From Psychrobacter cryohalolentis K5 (GTDB taxonomy: Bacteria; Pseudomonadota; Gammaproteobacteria; Pseudomonadales; Moraxellaceae): DNA of 32,000 nucleotides. Each line of letters starts with the position of its first letter. Within the stretch, counting starts at the first letter, position 1. The notes under the pieces were generated by a model, which was not told the origin of the DNA, searched no databases, and saw nothing but the letters and a program-made list of their open reading frames with translations. The stretch lies in contig NC_007969.1 of NCBI RefSeq assembly GCF_000013905.1, forward strand, positions 540,001 through 572,000. The letters run 5' to 3'. Shown piece after piece: positions 1 to 8,785 of this stretch. The position numbers and the translations under genes are program-made.

Positions 1-2603
1 CGCGCGGCATGTACCTCAATTTGCTGCTGCAAAAATACTTGTCCAACACGGGCAAGTAAACCTGGCTGATCAAGGGTCTCTAAGCTCATGATGTGCTGAT
101 TTGAGGCATCATTGAAATCAAAATTGATCGTCGTTGCTACATCGAAATGTTTGAGCTGGCGTGGAATCCGTTTGTGCGTCAGTTTGGGCGCGGTCGGATT
201 TTTAAAGGCATCAATCAGTCGCTGCTTAAGCTCTTGCTGGCTATCGCTATCGACCAGTAAAGTACCGCTACGGTCGAGTAGTACATAAGAATCCAACGCA
301 AAATCACGGGTCGCTGTGATAATACGGGCATCCAATACATCAAGATTCATCTGATCGAATACGGCCATAGTCACCGCAAACAAATTGACCTGATCTTGGG
401 TATAAACAAAAACCTGTACTGCATCAAGCGCCAGCTCTCGATGCTCACGTAGAACGACTAATGGCGGACTATCTGCATTTGACGCTCGACCTATAGGCGG
501 ATGATTTAAAATCGCTTCAGTATGCCATAAGATATCTTCTGCAATTTCACGCAAAAAATACTCATCGCCCAAATCATCCCACAATCTCAGCACCTCATCG
601 CGATTCATATGCTGATTGTCGACGTTATCTAGCATCACTAGTGCTTGCTTGCGTGTGGCACTAATCATATCTTGACGATTGGTTGGGGCATCAATATCCG
701 CCCGCAAAATACGGCGTGTTTGCGAATATAGCTGCTTCATAAGTGTCGCACGCCAGCTGTTCCAAAGTTGTGGGTTGGTGGCGTTCATATCAGCGACGGT
801 TAAGACATACAGATGATTTAGATGGGTAACGTTACCCACCAAATCTGCAAATAGTGTCACAACCTCTGGGTCTGAGATATCTTTTTTCTGAGCTGTCATT
901 GACATCAGCAGATGATAACGGGTCAACCAGCCAACCAGATTGGCGTCGGCAGTACTCATACCATGAGCCAGACAAAATTCAATCGACTCGATTTCGCCAA
1001 GTTGACTATGGTTGCCGCCACGACCTTTGGCAATATCATGAAACATCGCCGCTAATACCAAAATCTCTTTGCGCTCGATGCGCTGAAAGATGGAGCTCAC
1101 GAGCGGAAAATCTTCATAAAAATGCGGATCCGTAAAACGGTGCAGAATACGAATCAAAAATAAGGTATGGGCATCAACCGTATAACGATGGAACAAGTCA
1201 TACTGCATCAAACCAGTAACTTGAGCAAAGGCAGGGATATAGTTGCCAAGCACGCCATAGCGATTCATGGTACGCAGACGATGAAAGAGATAATTTTGCT
1301 CTTTTAGATTGGCTAAAAACAAGGTTTGATGCGTAGGATTGTCGCGATAAGCCTGATCAATACCACGCGCTGCAATTTTTAGCGCGCGTAGAGTATGGGT
1401 ACGGACATTCTTGATGCCATACTGACCCATAAGTAAAAACATCTCTAAAATCGACTCGGGATGCTGCGCAAATACTCTGTGATGAGCCATTGCGATTTGG
1501 TCGCCGACTTGGTTAAAGCGGGCATTGATAGGCTGTTTTTTTGGGCGTTCTTCATCAGGCAACTGCGCCTCGATGATGGTTTCGTAGTAGTGATTGGTTA
1601 GCATTTCAGACAATGTTGATATTTGCATCGCACAGCGGTAATAATCGCGCATAAAGCGCTCTACCGCAGCATTTGGTTGATCATCTGTCTGGGTATCATA
1701 GCCCATCAGTTGAGCAATCTCACGCTGATAATCGAATAACAGCTTGTTTTCATTGCGACCAGTCAGTTCGTGCAGGTAGTGCCGTATCTGCCATAAATAG
1801 TTTTCTGAAAAGCTTAATTCATCGAATTCCTTTTCAGTCAAAAAGTTCTGTTGTACCAGATCATAGAGCTTACTGACCCGAAAATAGCGTTTGGTCACCC
1901 AGCCGATAATATGGATATCGCGCAGACCACCAGGGGCGGTTTTTATATTGGGCTCAAGATTATATTCTGTGGCATTGTGCTGTAAATAACGCGCTTTTGC
2001 CTCATCGATTTTTACGTCGTAAAACGAGCGCGGGGACCATTGATTGTTTACTATTTGGTGCGGGACATTTTGCAAGGCGTCATTGCCTATTAATAGGCGA
2101 GCCTCTAATAATGCACTGGCAATAGTATGGTCAAGCGCCGCCTCCAAGCAGTCACTGACGCTGCGTACTGATAACGCAGGCTCAAGTCCAATGTCCCATA
2201 AGAGTGCCACCAAGTTATCAATTTTACTACTGGTATCAGCGTTAATATCATGTGGCATTAGTAGCAAAATATCGATATCTGAATGTAGCGATAACTCACC
2301 GCGACCATAGCCACCAGTTGCAAACAGTGCCAAATCCGTCTTATCAAGCCCAAAGCATTTAAATAATTCGATCAATAAATCATCAATCACGCAAGCACGC
2401 GCGCTAACCAGTTGCCGGATATTGACGCCACGTTCGAGTGCGCGGCTGATATCGTCATTTATTTGAAGCAACCATTCAGGAATACCAAATAGCGATTTTT
2501 CTACCACGCTCGTGTCTGTTGATAAAAAGGCAGTTGTCATATTGTCTGCTGAAAACAAAGGCATCGGTGTCAAATCAATAGCGGTGACATCACAGTTAAA
2601 CAT
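1..2603 (-). CDS. glnD: [Protein-PII] uridylyltransferase/uridylyl-removing enzyme GlnD. N-terminal ~867 codons only; the C-terminus runs off the left edge.
   Basis: Absent from the supplied ORF track because it has no stop inside the window. Hand translation of the reverse strand from ATG 2603-2601 gives MFNCDVTAIDLTPMPLFSADNMTTAFLSTDTSVVEKSLFGIPEWLLQINDD...LALFATGGYGRGELSLHSDIDILLLMPHD. The nucleotidyltransferase motif GGYGRGEL/SDIDIL lies at ~2260-2320 and I checked it is in frame. The HD-domain block FHDIAKGRGGNHSQ lies in the same frame at ~1000-1043. It sits downstream of map, as in enterobacteria. Confidence 0.9.
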   Translation of the reverse strand, partial: MFNCDVTAIDLTPMPLFSADNMTTAFLSTDTSVVEKSLFGIPEWLLQINDDISRALERGVNIRQLVSARACVIDDLLIELFKCFGLDKTDLALFATGGYGRGELSLHSDIDILLLMPHDINADTSSKIDNLVALLWDIGLEPALSVRSVSDCLEAALDHTIASALLEARLLIGNDALQNVPHQIVNNQWSPRSFYDVKIDEAKARYLQHNATEYNLEPNIKTAPGGLRDIHIIGWVTKRYFRVSKLYDLVQQNFLTEKEFDELSFSENYLWQIRHYLHELTGRNENKLLFDYQREIAQLMGYDTQTDDQPNAAVERFMRDYYRCAMQISTLSEMLTNHYYETIIEAQLPDEERPKKQPINARFNQVGDQIAMAHHRVFAQHPESILEMFLLMGQYGIKNVRTHTLRALKIAARGIDQAYRDNPTHQTLFLANLKEQNYLFHRLRTMNRYGVLGNYIPAFAQVTGLMQYDLFHRYTVDAHTLFLIRILHRFTDPHFYEDFPLVSSIFQRIERKEILVLAAMFHDIAKGRGGNHSQLGEIESIEFCLAHGMSTADANLVGWLTRYHLLMSMTAQKKDISDPEVVTLFADLVGNVTHLNHLYVLTVADMNATNPQLWNSWRATLMKQLYSQTRRILRADIDAPTNRQDMISATRKQALVMLDNVDNQHMNRDEVLRLWDDLGDEYFLREIAEDILWHTEAILNHPPIGRASNADSPPLVVLREHRELALDAVQVFVYTQDQVNLFAVTMAVFDQMNLDVLDARIITATRDFALDSYVLLDRSGTLLVDSDSQQELKQRLIDAFKNPTAPKLTHKRIPRQLKHFDVATTINFDFNDASNQHIMSLETLDQPGLLARVGQVFLQQQIEVHAA

Positions 2604-2741
2604 GAGATTTATCCAGTTAAAAGTTTGAAGTCTAGTTCAGTAAATAAGGGTCGCTAAAAATAAAAAGCGATCAATAAGATAGAGAAAGTATAAAGATAAA
2701 AAACCATCAAGAATAGTGGGGGACAACCATTAATAATAGAC

Positions 2742-2767
2742 AAAAAAAAGACCGCCTAAGCGATCTT
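2742..2767 (-). terminator. Rho-independent terminator after map
   Basis: On the minus strand: AAGATCGC-TTAG-GCGGTCTT (8-bp stem with one G.U) followed by TTTTTTTT. It starts 9 nt after the map stop codon. Confidence 0.7.
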
Positions 2768-2775
2768 TTATTGTA

Positions 2776-3570
2776 TTACTGAGTCAAGAAACTCAAATCT
2801 TCTTCAGGGCGCGTGGTGAATACTTCACAGCCATTATCCGTTACGACCATGGTATGCTCCCACTGGGCGGATAGCTTGCGGTCTTTGGTAATCGCAGTCC
2901 ATTCATCCGGTAAAATCTTAGTCTGCCATTTGCCTTCGTTAATCATAGGCTCGATGGTAAAAGTCATGCCAGTTTTTAGCTCAAAGCCCGTACCTTTTTG
3001 GCCATAGTGCATGACTTGCGGCTCATGGTGGAACTCATTACTGATACCGTGACCACAGAACTCACGCACGATACTAAAACGCTCAGGCTCAACCACTGCT
3101 TGGATAGCCGCACCAACGTCGCCCAAACGCGCGCCGTTTTTGACCACGCTCATGCCAGCATATAGTGCGTCTTGTGCTACTTTGCAGATACGCTGCGCCA
3201 TGATAGAGCCATTGCCGACGATCCACATTTTTGAGGTATCACCATAATAGCCATCTTTAATCACGGTCACATCGATATTGATGATGTCGCCGTCTTTTAG
3301 CAATTTATTTTCGGATGGAATACCATGACAAACCACGTGGTTAATCGAGGTGCAGATAGATTTTGGAAAACCATTGTAATTAAGCGGTGCAGGAATAGCT
3401 TGTTGCACATTAACGATATAATCATGGGCAATTTGGTTCAGTGCTTCAGTACTGATGCCCACTCTGACATGCTCATCAAGCATCACAAGGACATCGCTGG
3501 CAAGTTTACCAGCCACGCGCATTTTTTCTATGGCTTCAGGAGATTGAATAAGAGATTTTTTAGTCATCAT
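2776..3570 (-). CDS. map: Type I methionine aminopeptidase
   Basis: The ORF track product carries the full MetAP-I fold signature (CHGIP, DIINIDVT, GYYGDTSKM, FCGHGI, EPMIN, QWEHT). The track ORF extends to 3642, but homology starts at MMTKKSLIQSPEAIEKMR, so the likely start is ATG 3570 or 3567. Confidence 0.93.
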   Translation of the reverse strand: MMTKKSLIQSPEAIEKMRVAGKLASDVLVMLDEHVRVGISTEALNQIAHDYIVNVQQAIPAPLNYNGFPKSICTSINHVVCHGIPSENKLLKDGDIINIDVTVIKDGYYGDTSKMWIVGNGSIMAQRICKVAQDALYAGMSVVKNGARLGDVGAAIQAVVEPERFSIVREFCGHGISNEFHHEPQVMHYGQKGTGFELKTGMTFTIEPMINEGKWQTKILPDEWTAITKDRKLSAQWEHTMVVTDNGCEVFTTRPEEDLSFLTQ

Positions 3571-3694
3571 CGTCGTACTTATAGTTATAGAATTTAGGTC
3601 ATCAATTATAGCATAAACGCACAAGTTGCTGCTTGAATGCAAGTTATTGAATATTTCAATCGTATTGATATTAAATGACTTTATATACGCTAAT

Positions 3695-3710
3695 GTGACT
3701 ATATAGTCAC
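3695..3710. repeat. Perfect 16-bp palindrome GTGACTATATAGTCAC in the map/lipase divergent intergenic region
   Basis: Read directly from the sequence; the reverse complement is identical. It shares the 14-bp core TGACTATATAGTCA with 30228-30243. A degenerate half site, TGACTTTATATA, lies at 3676-3687. Confidence 0.9.
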
Positions 3711-3878
3711 TAGGATAGGGCTGCTAATGTCAAAAAAAAGTTGAATGTTACAGAGTATATAAGTATTGTAATTTTGTTCGCTAAATGATTTAGCAGACCT
3801 CTTTATAGCTTTGTGCAGGATGCAAGAGATAAGGCAATATAAAGATAGAATCACGTTTACAATAACAAGGATGTTGTT

Positions 3879-4934
3879 ATGACTCTAAAACCTTCTCTGC
3901 GCGCTGTGCTCACGCCGAGCGCATTTTTACCGTCATTAGGTGCCATTGTCACCGGTGCGCTTTTGATGACTATGCAAGCCACCTCTGCTCAGGCGGCTGG
4001 ACAGTATTATAACTGCGCCAATGCTGACGGCTGCCAGCTCGTAAGTAGTCAATATTTCACCTCAGATCATACCAAAACCAAATACCCAGTAGTACTCGCA
4101 CATGGTATGGCAGGGTTTACTAAGATGTTCGGCTTGGTTGATTATTTTTATGGTATTCCTGAAACACTCATGAGCGGTGGCAGTCAAGTATATACCACAA
4201 AAACCTCCTCTTTTAACAATAGCGAAATTCGTGGCGAGCAGCTTTTACAGAAAATAAAAACCATCAGTGCCATTTCAGGCAGCCCAAAAGTGAACTTATT
4301 GGGTCATAGCCAAGGTGGTATTGATATTCGTTATGTCGCTGGCGTGGCACCAGAATATGTTGCTTCTGTCACTGCGATTGGCAGTCCAGAGCAAGGGTCA
4401 AAAACGGCGGATGCTGTTATGCAAACACTTTCTGAGGATAGCTTGGCTACCCAAGCGGTATCTGTGTTCTTTCAGCTATTCGGTGGCGTTACGGATGTCG
4501 GTTCAGGTACGAGCCCGACAGAACTCAATAAACAAGAAGCTTGGAATACAGCTGTCGCCTTATCAACTGATGGTGCTGCCAAGTTTAATGCTAAATTTCC
4601 TGCGGCGATGCCGACCAGCTATTGTGGACAGCCTACTGGCACTGAAGCCAATGGTATCAAGTACTACTCATTTAGTGGTGTTGGGCAAATAACCAATGGT
4701 CTTGATCCTAGTGATTATATGCTCGCGCTAACAGGAACAAGTTTTGACAATGATCCAAATGATGGCTTGGTATCTGCGTGCTCAAGCCGACTGGGTTATG
4801 TGATTCGAGATGATTATCGTATGAATCACTTAGATTCAGCCAACCAGCTTTTGGGTTTGACCGCATGGGGGCAGCCTGACCCAAAAACCTTGTATCGTGA
4901 TCAAGTCAATCGCTTGAAAAAAGCTAATTTATAA
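3879..4934 (+). CDS. lipA: Secreted triacylglycerol lipase, family I (Pseudomonas/Burkholderia LipA-like)
   Basis: Signal peptide ending SAQA/AG. Oxyanion region VVLAHGMAGF, nucleophile elbow LLGHSQGG, and C-terminal His block RMNHLDSANQ. SD AAGGAT lies 8 nt upstream. A cognate Lif foldase gene follows. Confidence 0.85.
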   Translation: MTLKPSLRAVLTPSAFLPSLGAIVTGALLMTMQATSAQAAGQYYNCANADGCQLVSSQYFTSDHTKTKYPVVLAHGMAGFTKMFGLVDYFYGIPETLMSGGSQVYTTKTSSFNNSEIRGEQLLQKIKTISAISGSPKVNLLGHSQGGIDIRYVAGVAPEYVASVTAIGSPEQGSKTADAVMQTLSEDSLATQAVSVFFQLFGGVTDVGSGTSPTELNKQEAWNTAVALSTDGAAKFNAKFPAAMPTSYCGQPTGTEANGIKYYSFSGVGQITNGLDPSDYMLALTGTSFDNDPNDGLVSACSSRLGYVIRDDYRMNHLDSANQLLGLTAWGQPDPKTLYRDQVNRLKKANL

Positions 4935-4989
4935 CGTTCATAGACGAGTTAGCAGATTCACAGCTTTTATGATTCATAGCTTTTATAGA

Positions 4990-5019
4990 AAAAGGGTCAA
5001 TACTAAAATGACCCTTTTT
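4990..5019 (+). terminator. Hairpin plus T-run between lipase and foldase genes
   Basis: AAAAGGGTCA (4990-4999), 9-nt loop, TGACCCTTTT (5009-5018), then T-rich sequence. The stem is 10 bp and perfect. Confidence 0.7.
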
Positions 5020-5085
5020 CTTTATCCATTTTTATTTATCATAAATCTCTACATAAACCGATTGATCAAATAAGATATTGTCGTT

Positions 5086-6198
5086 ATGTCAAATAATCGC
5101 CGTTCACCCTTATTGTCCATTATTATTGCTGTGATAGTCGTTCTAATAGTAGCGATTATTTGGTGGTTTAAGCCTGTTAACAATAGCAACGCTTTTTCTC
5201 AAGCGGATGCTATAACACTAGACAATCAAGCTAACGCTAATACAGTAGATCAAGCGAGTTCTGATAGCAATATGAGCCAAAAATCGAATCAAAACATAAT
5301 TAAATTTACCACAGGACTTGAGAGTCTACCGCGTTCCTTACAAGGGACAGATGTCGATGGTGAGATTATTATTGATGAAAACAAGCAACTGGTCATCACA
5401 GAAGGCTTAAGGCGTTTGTTTGATTATTTTTTATCAGCGCTTGGTGAAGAAGAGGAATCAGCTATTTATGCTCGCGTAGAGAGTTATATTCGCAGTCATA
5501 CGCCAGAGCCAGCCGCCAGTCAAGCGGTGGCTATATTTGATCAATATGTGGCTTATCTCAAAGCCATACCTGAGATTGAGAAAAAATACGGTACGCTGCA
5601 ATTGCAAGCGACCCAAAGTGGCGAGCTGGATTTAAGTGTCGTCGCTCAGCAAAAACAAGATGTCGCTAGATTGCGCCAACAGCATTTTGATAAAGACACC
5701 ATTATCGCTTTCTTTGGGACAGAAGATGAGTATGACGACTATAGTATGGAGATGGTCAGAATCAGTCAGAATTCCCAGCTGTCTGAGGCGCAAAAAGATG
5801 CCGCAAAACAAGATTACATCAGCCGTATGCCAGACAATGCAACCAAAACCAATATCGCCCAGCAAGCCAATCTAAATGAGCTGATGACGCGTACAGAGCA
5901 AATGCAAGCAAAAGGTGCCGCACCTGAAGCGCTATATAATATGCGTCGTGAACTGGTCGGTGCACCAGCGGCAGCACGCTTAGCGCAAGTAGATCAAGCA
6001 GACGCTAGCTTCGATAAGCGTTTCAAGCAGTACCAAGCACAAAAACAGCAGCTTCTAAAACAAAGCGTCAATCAATCACAAACGCAATCACAAGCTCAAA
6101 TCAATCAGATTGAAAGGCAATTGTTTAACGACTCTGAACGCAAGCGTCTAACAGGCTATGCCGCTCTACAGCAGCAGAAAGCTGCCGATACAAATTAA
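5086..6198 (+). CDS. lif: Lipase-specific foldase (Lif, lipase chaperone)
   Basis: N-terminal membrane anchor LLSIIIAVIVVLIVAIIWWF. Contains RRLFDYFLSALGE, which matches the RxxFDY(F/C)L(S/T)A signature of Lif foldases. Sits immediately downstream of a family-I lipase. The C-terminal third is Gln-rich. Confidence 0.8.
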   Translation: MSNNRRSPLLSIIIAVIVVLIVAIIWWFKPVNNSNAFSQADAITLDNQANANTVDQASSDSNMSQKSNQNIIKFTTGLESLPRSLQGTDVDGEIIIDENKQLVITEGLRRLFDYFLSALGEEEESAIYARVESYIRSHTPEPAASQAVAIFDQYVAYLKAIPEIEKKYGTLQLQATQSGELDLSVVAQQKQDVARLRQQHFDKDTIIAFFGTEDEYDDYSMEMVRISQNSQLSEAQKDAAKQDYISRMPDNATKTNIAQQANLNELMTRTEQMQAKGAAPEALYNMRRELVGAPAAARLAQVDQADASFDKRFKQYQAQKQQLLKQSVNQSQTQSQAQINQIERQLFNDSERKRLTGYAALQQQKAADTN

Positions 6199-6548
6199 CC
6201 AAAAAGACAGGCTATAGATATGAATTTAAAGGTAAGTAAAAACCGTAAATATAGCTTGATAAGCTTTTAGGCAGTAAAGCAATTCTTAAGAATCAGACAA
6301 AAGATTATGTGTTAGCAGTTAATAACTGGCTTAACAAGGCATGTTAGCAAAAATACCGTAAAATGGTACAAATATAGCGTTAATTGGTACTCAATCTATC
6401 ATGATAGGCTTATGAGAAATAGGCATAATAGCCCCATTGTTTAGACTAAAGAAAACAACAAATTGATCAGAGCAAACGCTACTAATTAAAAAATAAACAA
6501 TGAATATCTTATTTTGTATATTAATATTTGAAACTTATAGGAGTTTAT

Positions 6549-7037
6549 ATGAAAAACATGACTAAAATGATGATGGCTGCGACTCTTGCTGTAGGTACGT
6601 TGGCTGCTGGTTGCCAGACTGCTCCTATCGTAACGGCACCTGTGACTCAACCAATTACTGCTAATGCACTACAAGCATATGATTGGCAGCTTGTTGATGC
6701 AAAGCGCGCAAATGGCGATAAAGTCACTCAGCTATTCTTTGATCCAGCCAAACCACTTACCCTAAAATTCTTCAAAGACAACGGCAATGACCGTGTTGCG
6801 TTTGTCAATACTTGTAATAACATGGGTTCTAATTATAATGTTGTAAATGGCAATGTTGTATTAGGCAATGTTCTATCTACTATGATGGCATGCCCTGAGC
6901 CACAAGCCAGCTTTGATACAGCGACGCTTGCTACAGTACAAGGTAAATATAGCATCAGCACCAACGCAAACAACACGCCTATCTTGACCATCAAAAATAG
7001 CAGTCAAGTTGCACACTTTAAAGCGGTTACTAAATAA
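6549..7037 (+). CDS. META-domain (HslJ-like) lipoprotein
   Basis: Lipobox LAAGC. The pattern DWQLV...LTLKF...NTCNNMGSNY...STMMACPEP is typical of META/DUF306 domains. ATG 6549 is preceded by AGGAG. The track start at 6528 is a TTG and is less likely. Confidence 0.7.
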   Translation: MKNMTKMMMAATLAVGTLAAGCQTAPIVTAPVTQPITANALQAYDWQLVDAKRANGDKVTQLFFDPAKPLTLKFFKDNGNDRVAFVNTCNNMGSNYNVVNGNVVLGNVLSTMMACPEPQASFDTATLATVQGKYSISTNANNTPILTIKNSSQVAHFKAVTK

Positions 7038-7085
7038 TATAGACAGTCAGTTACTACCGTTATGTTATAACCGTATATAAAAAAG

Positions 7086-7113
7086 TGCCTCACTTAGCAG
7101 TGGGGCATTTTTT
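7086..7113 (+). terminator. Rho-independent terminator after the META gene
   Basis: TGCCTCAC-TTAGCA-GTGGGGCA (8-bp stem, one G.U) followed by TTTTTT. Confidence 0.6.
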
Positions 7114-7279
7114 CGTCTAAAATTTTTGTTTAAAAGAAGAGACCAATCTGCGTTACACTAGCGACATCACTGTTCCTGATGACTTATATTTCATTTAGCA
7201 CTCTTCTACTTGATATTATTAATAGTAAGTTGCACGTTTTAAATAGCTCATATCGAATGGATCTATAGGACTTTATCGT

Positions 7280-8302
7280 ATGTTAAAAACCACTGTCTTA
7301 AAACCGACTGTTAATATTCGTAGGCTAAATAGTACTGTTCCTATTATCATGCTTTCAATGCTGGCGGTATTAACAGGCTGCCAGACCGTGCCAACTGCTT
7401 TGTCCAAAGCGCCTAGCGCGATGGCTATGAATAATCCGCTCACTATTGGCATGCCAGCAATAGATCGACAAGGTTATATTGCTTATGTAGAGGAGCAAGG
7501 CGTGGGTACTGCCAAGATCTCGACGCTATATCGTATCCGCCCCGATGGTAGCGGGCTTCAATTGATTGATCAGCTAAATGGCTATATCTACGCGCCTACG
7601 TGGTCAGCGGATGGTCAAATGCTCGCTTATAGCAAACAAGCCGCGCGCCAGCATCCAAAGATTTATATTTACGATGTCAAAAGTAGTAGTCATAATTTGG
7701 TCGTCAATGTAGAAGGTAGCAATTTATCACCGTCATTCTCACCGGATGGCAAAAAGCTGCTTTATAGCTCAACCGTTGGTGGCAATGCCGATATCTATGA
7801 GATGCAGCTTAGTGATGGCAGTACCAAACAGCTTACCACGCTACCGAGTACTGAAGTGCAGCCAAGCTATGCCAGCGATGGGCAGAGCTTTGTCTATACC
7901 AGTGATAAAGTCCGCGCTGGTCGCCCAAGCATTTATCGTTATAGCTTTGCCACGGGCAACGCCGCGCTGATAACGACGGGAGGCTATGCTGCCAGTCCTC
8001 AGCTTAGCTTAGATAGTCAACGTTTGGCATATCTCAATGGTCGCAAAGCGGCAGTAATGATGCTTACCACAGGACAAGTCATCAATCTGGCAGAAACGGG
8101 ACTCGATGAGCCTGCGCGCCTATCACCTTCTGGACAATACGCCCTCTATCCAACACGTCAGTCAAATTTGGGTGGACAAGTAGGAGGTCAAAGCAGTCAA
8201 AGTGGCGGCAGCTTGGTTATCCATTCTTTAGCAGGTAATACCAGTTATGCGATTAGCAGTAAAACGGGCGGAGTAGTACGCTCACCAATTTGGGGTCGTT
8301 AA
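7280..8302 (+). CDS. TolB-like PD40/WD40-like beta-propeller lipoprotein
   Basis: Lipobox LTGCQ. Repeated PD40-type blades are present: APTWSADGQMLAY, SPSFSPDGKKLLYSS, QPSYASDGQSFVYTS, SPQLSLDSQRLAY, RLSPSGQYALY. Confidence 0.7.
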   Translation: MLKTTVLKPTVNIRRLNSTVPIIMLSMLAVLTGCQTVPTALSKAPSAMAMNNPLTIGMPAIDRQGYIAYVEEQGVGTAKISTLYRIRPDGSGLQLIDQLNGYIYAPTWSADGQMLAYSKQAARQHPKIYIYDVKSSSHNLVVNVEGSNLSPSFSPDGKKLLYSSTVGGNADIYEMQLSDGSTKQLTTLPSTEVQPSYASDGQSFVYTSDKVRAGRPSIYRYSFATGNAALITTGGYAASPQLSLDSQRLAYLNGRKAAVMMLTTGQVINLAETGLDEPARLSPSGQYALYPTRQSNLGGQVGGQSSQSGGSLVIHSLAGNTSYAISSKTGGVVRSPIWGR

Positions 8303-8331
8303 GCGATTTTTTTAATTTAAAGGTAAATATC

Positions 8332-8502
8332 ATGGCGCATAAAAAGAAAAATGTCCGCAAAAAACTCTGCCCTGTCTGCGAGCGCGAATTTAGTTGGACT
8401 AAAAAGTTGGATAAAAACTGGGACAGCATGGTCTATTGCTCCGACCAATGCCGCCGCGTGAAAAAGTATGAAGGATTGAATCATCAAAAAGAAGATAAAT
8501 AG
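8332..8502 (+). CDS. DUF2256-type small zinc-ribbon protein, copy 1 (56 aa)
   Basis: MAHKKKNVRKKLCPVCEREFSWTKKLDKNWDSMVYCSDQCRRVKK... has CPxC...YCSxxCRR spacing and a basic composition typical of DUF2256. The track ORF begins at an upstream TTG (8290) that overlaps the previous gene; ATG 8332 is more likely. Confidence 0.65.
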   Translation: MAHKKKNVRKKLCPVCEREFSWTKKLDKNWDSMVYCSDQCRRVKKYEGLNHQKEDK

Positions 8503-8547
8503 TCGTTAAGAACGAAGTAGAGCTATATAGGAACAAGGGAGCAGACG

Positions 8548-8697
8548 ATGGCACATAAAAAAGTAAACCTACCGCAAAAAATCTGCCCCGTCTGTCAGAG
8601 ACCGTTTAGCTGGCGCAAAAAGTGGGAGAAGGATTGGGAGCAGGTGATTTATTGTTCTGAGAAGTGTCGGCGGGGGAAAGATAAACATAGTGAATGA
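8548..8697 (+). CDS. DUF2256-type small zinc-ribbon protein, copy 2 (49 aa); not in the ORF track
   Basis: Hand translation gives [49 protein letters not shown]. It is colinear with copy 1 (same MAHKK start, CPVC, FSW.KK, W, YCS..CRR). GGGAG lies ~10 nt upstream of the ATG. Confidence 0.6.
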   Translation: MAHKKVNLPQKICPVCQRPFSWRKKWEKDWEQVIYCSEKCRRGKDKHSE

Positions 8698-8702
8698 ATA
8701 AA

Positions 8703-8733
8703 AAGCCAAATATCAATGTTTGATATTTGGCTT
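8703..8733 (-). terminator. Strong hairpin terminator for metH (also caps the convergent DUF2256 genes)
   Basis: 13-bp perfect stem AAGCCAAATATCA / TGATATTTGGCTT with a 5-nt loop. A T-run (TTTTTATT) follows on the minus strand only. Confidence 0.75.
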
Positions 8734-8785
8734 ATCAATAATGATAAAGTTTGTATGCTAAATAGATATCTAAATCATTAGTAAC

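Noticed and set aside
854-2310. Three plus-strand ORFs (854-1135, 1673-1876, 2044-2310)
   Set aside because: All lie antisense inside the well-supported glnD reading frame and have no recognisable features.
4315-4692. 125-aa ORF nested in another frame of the lipase gene. Similar nested or antisense ORFs lie in lif (5632-5875), metH (9169-11826), the fasciclin genes (13125-13391, 14019-14396), the symporter, proS and phr.
   Set aside because: All overlap genes that have strong homology-type signatures. They have no SD or recognisable motifs, and their composition is the mirror of the host gene.
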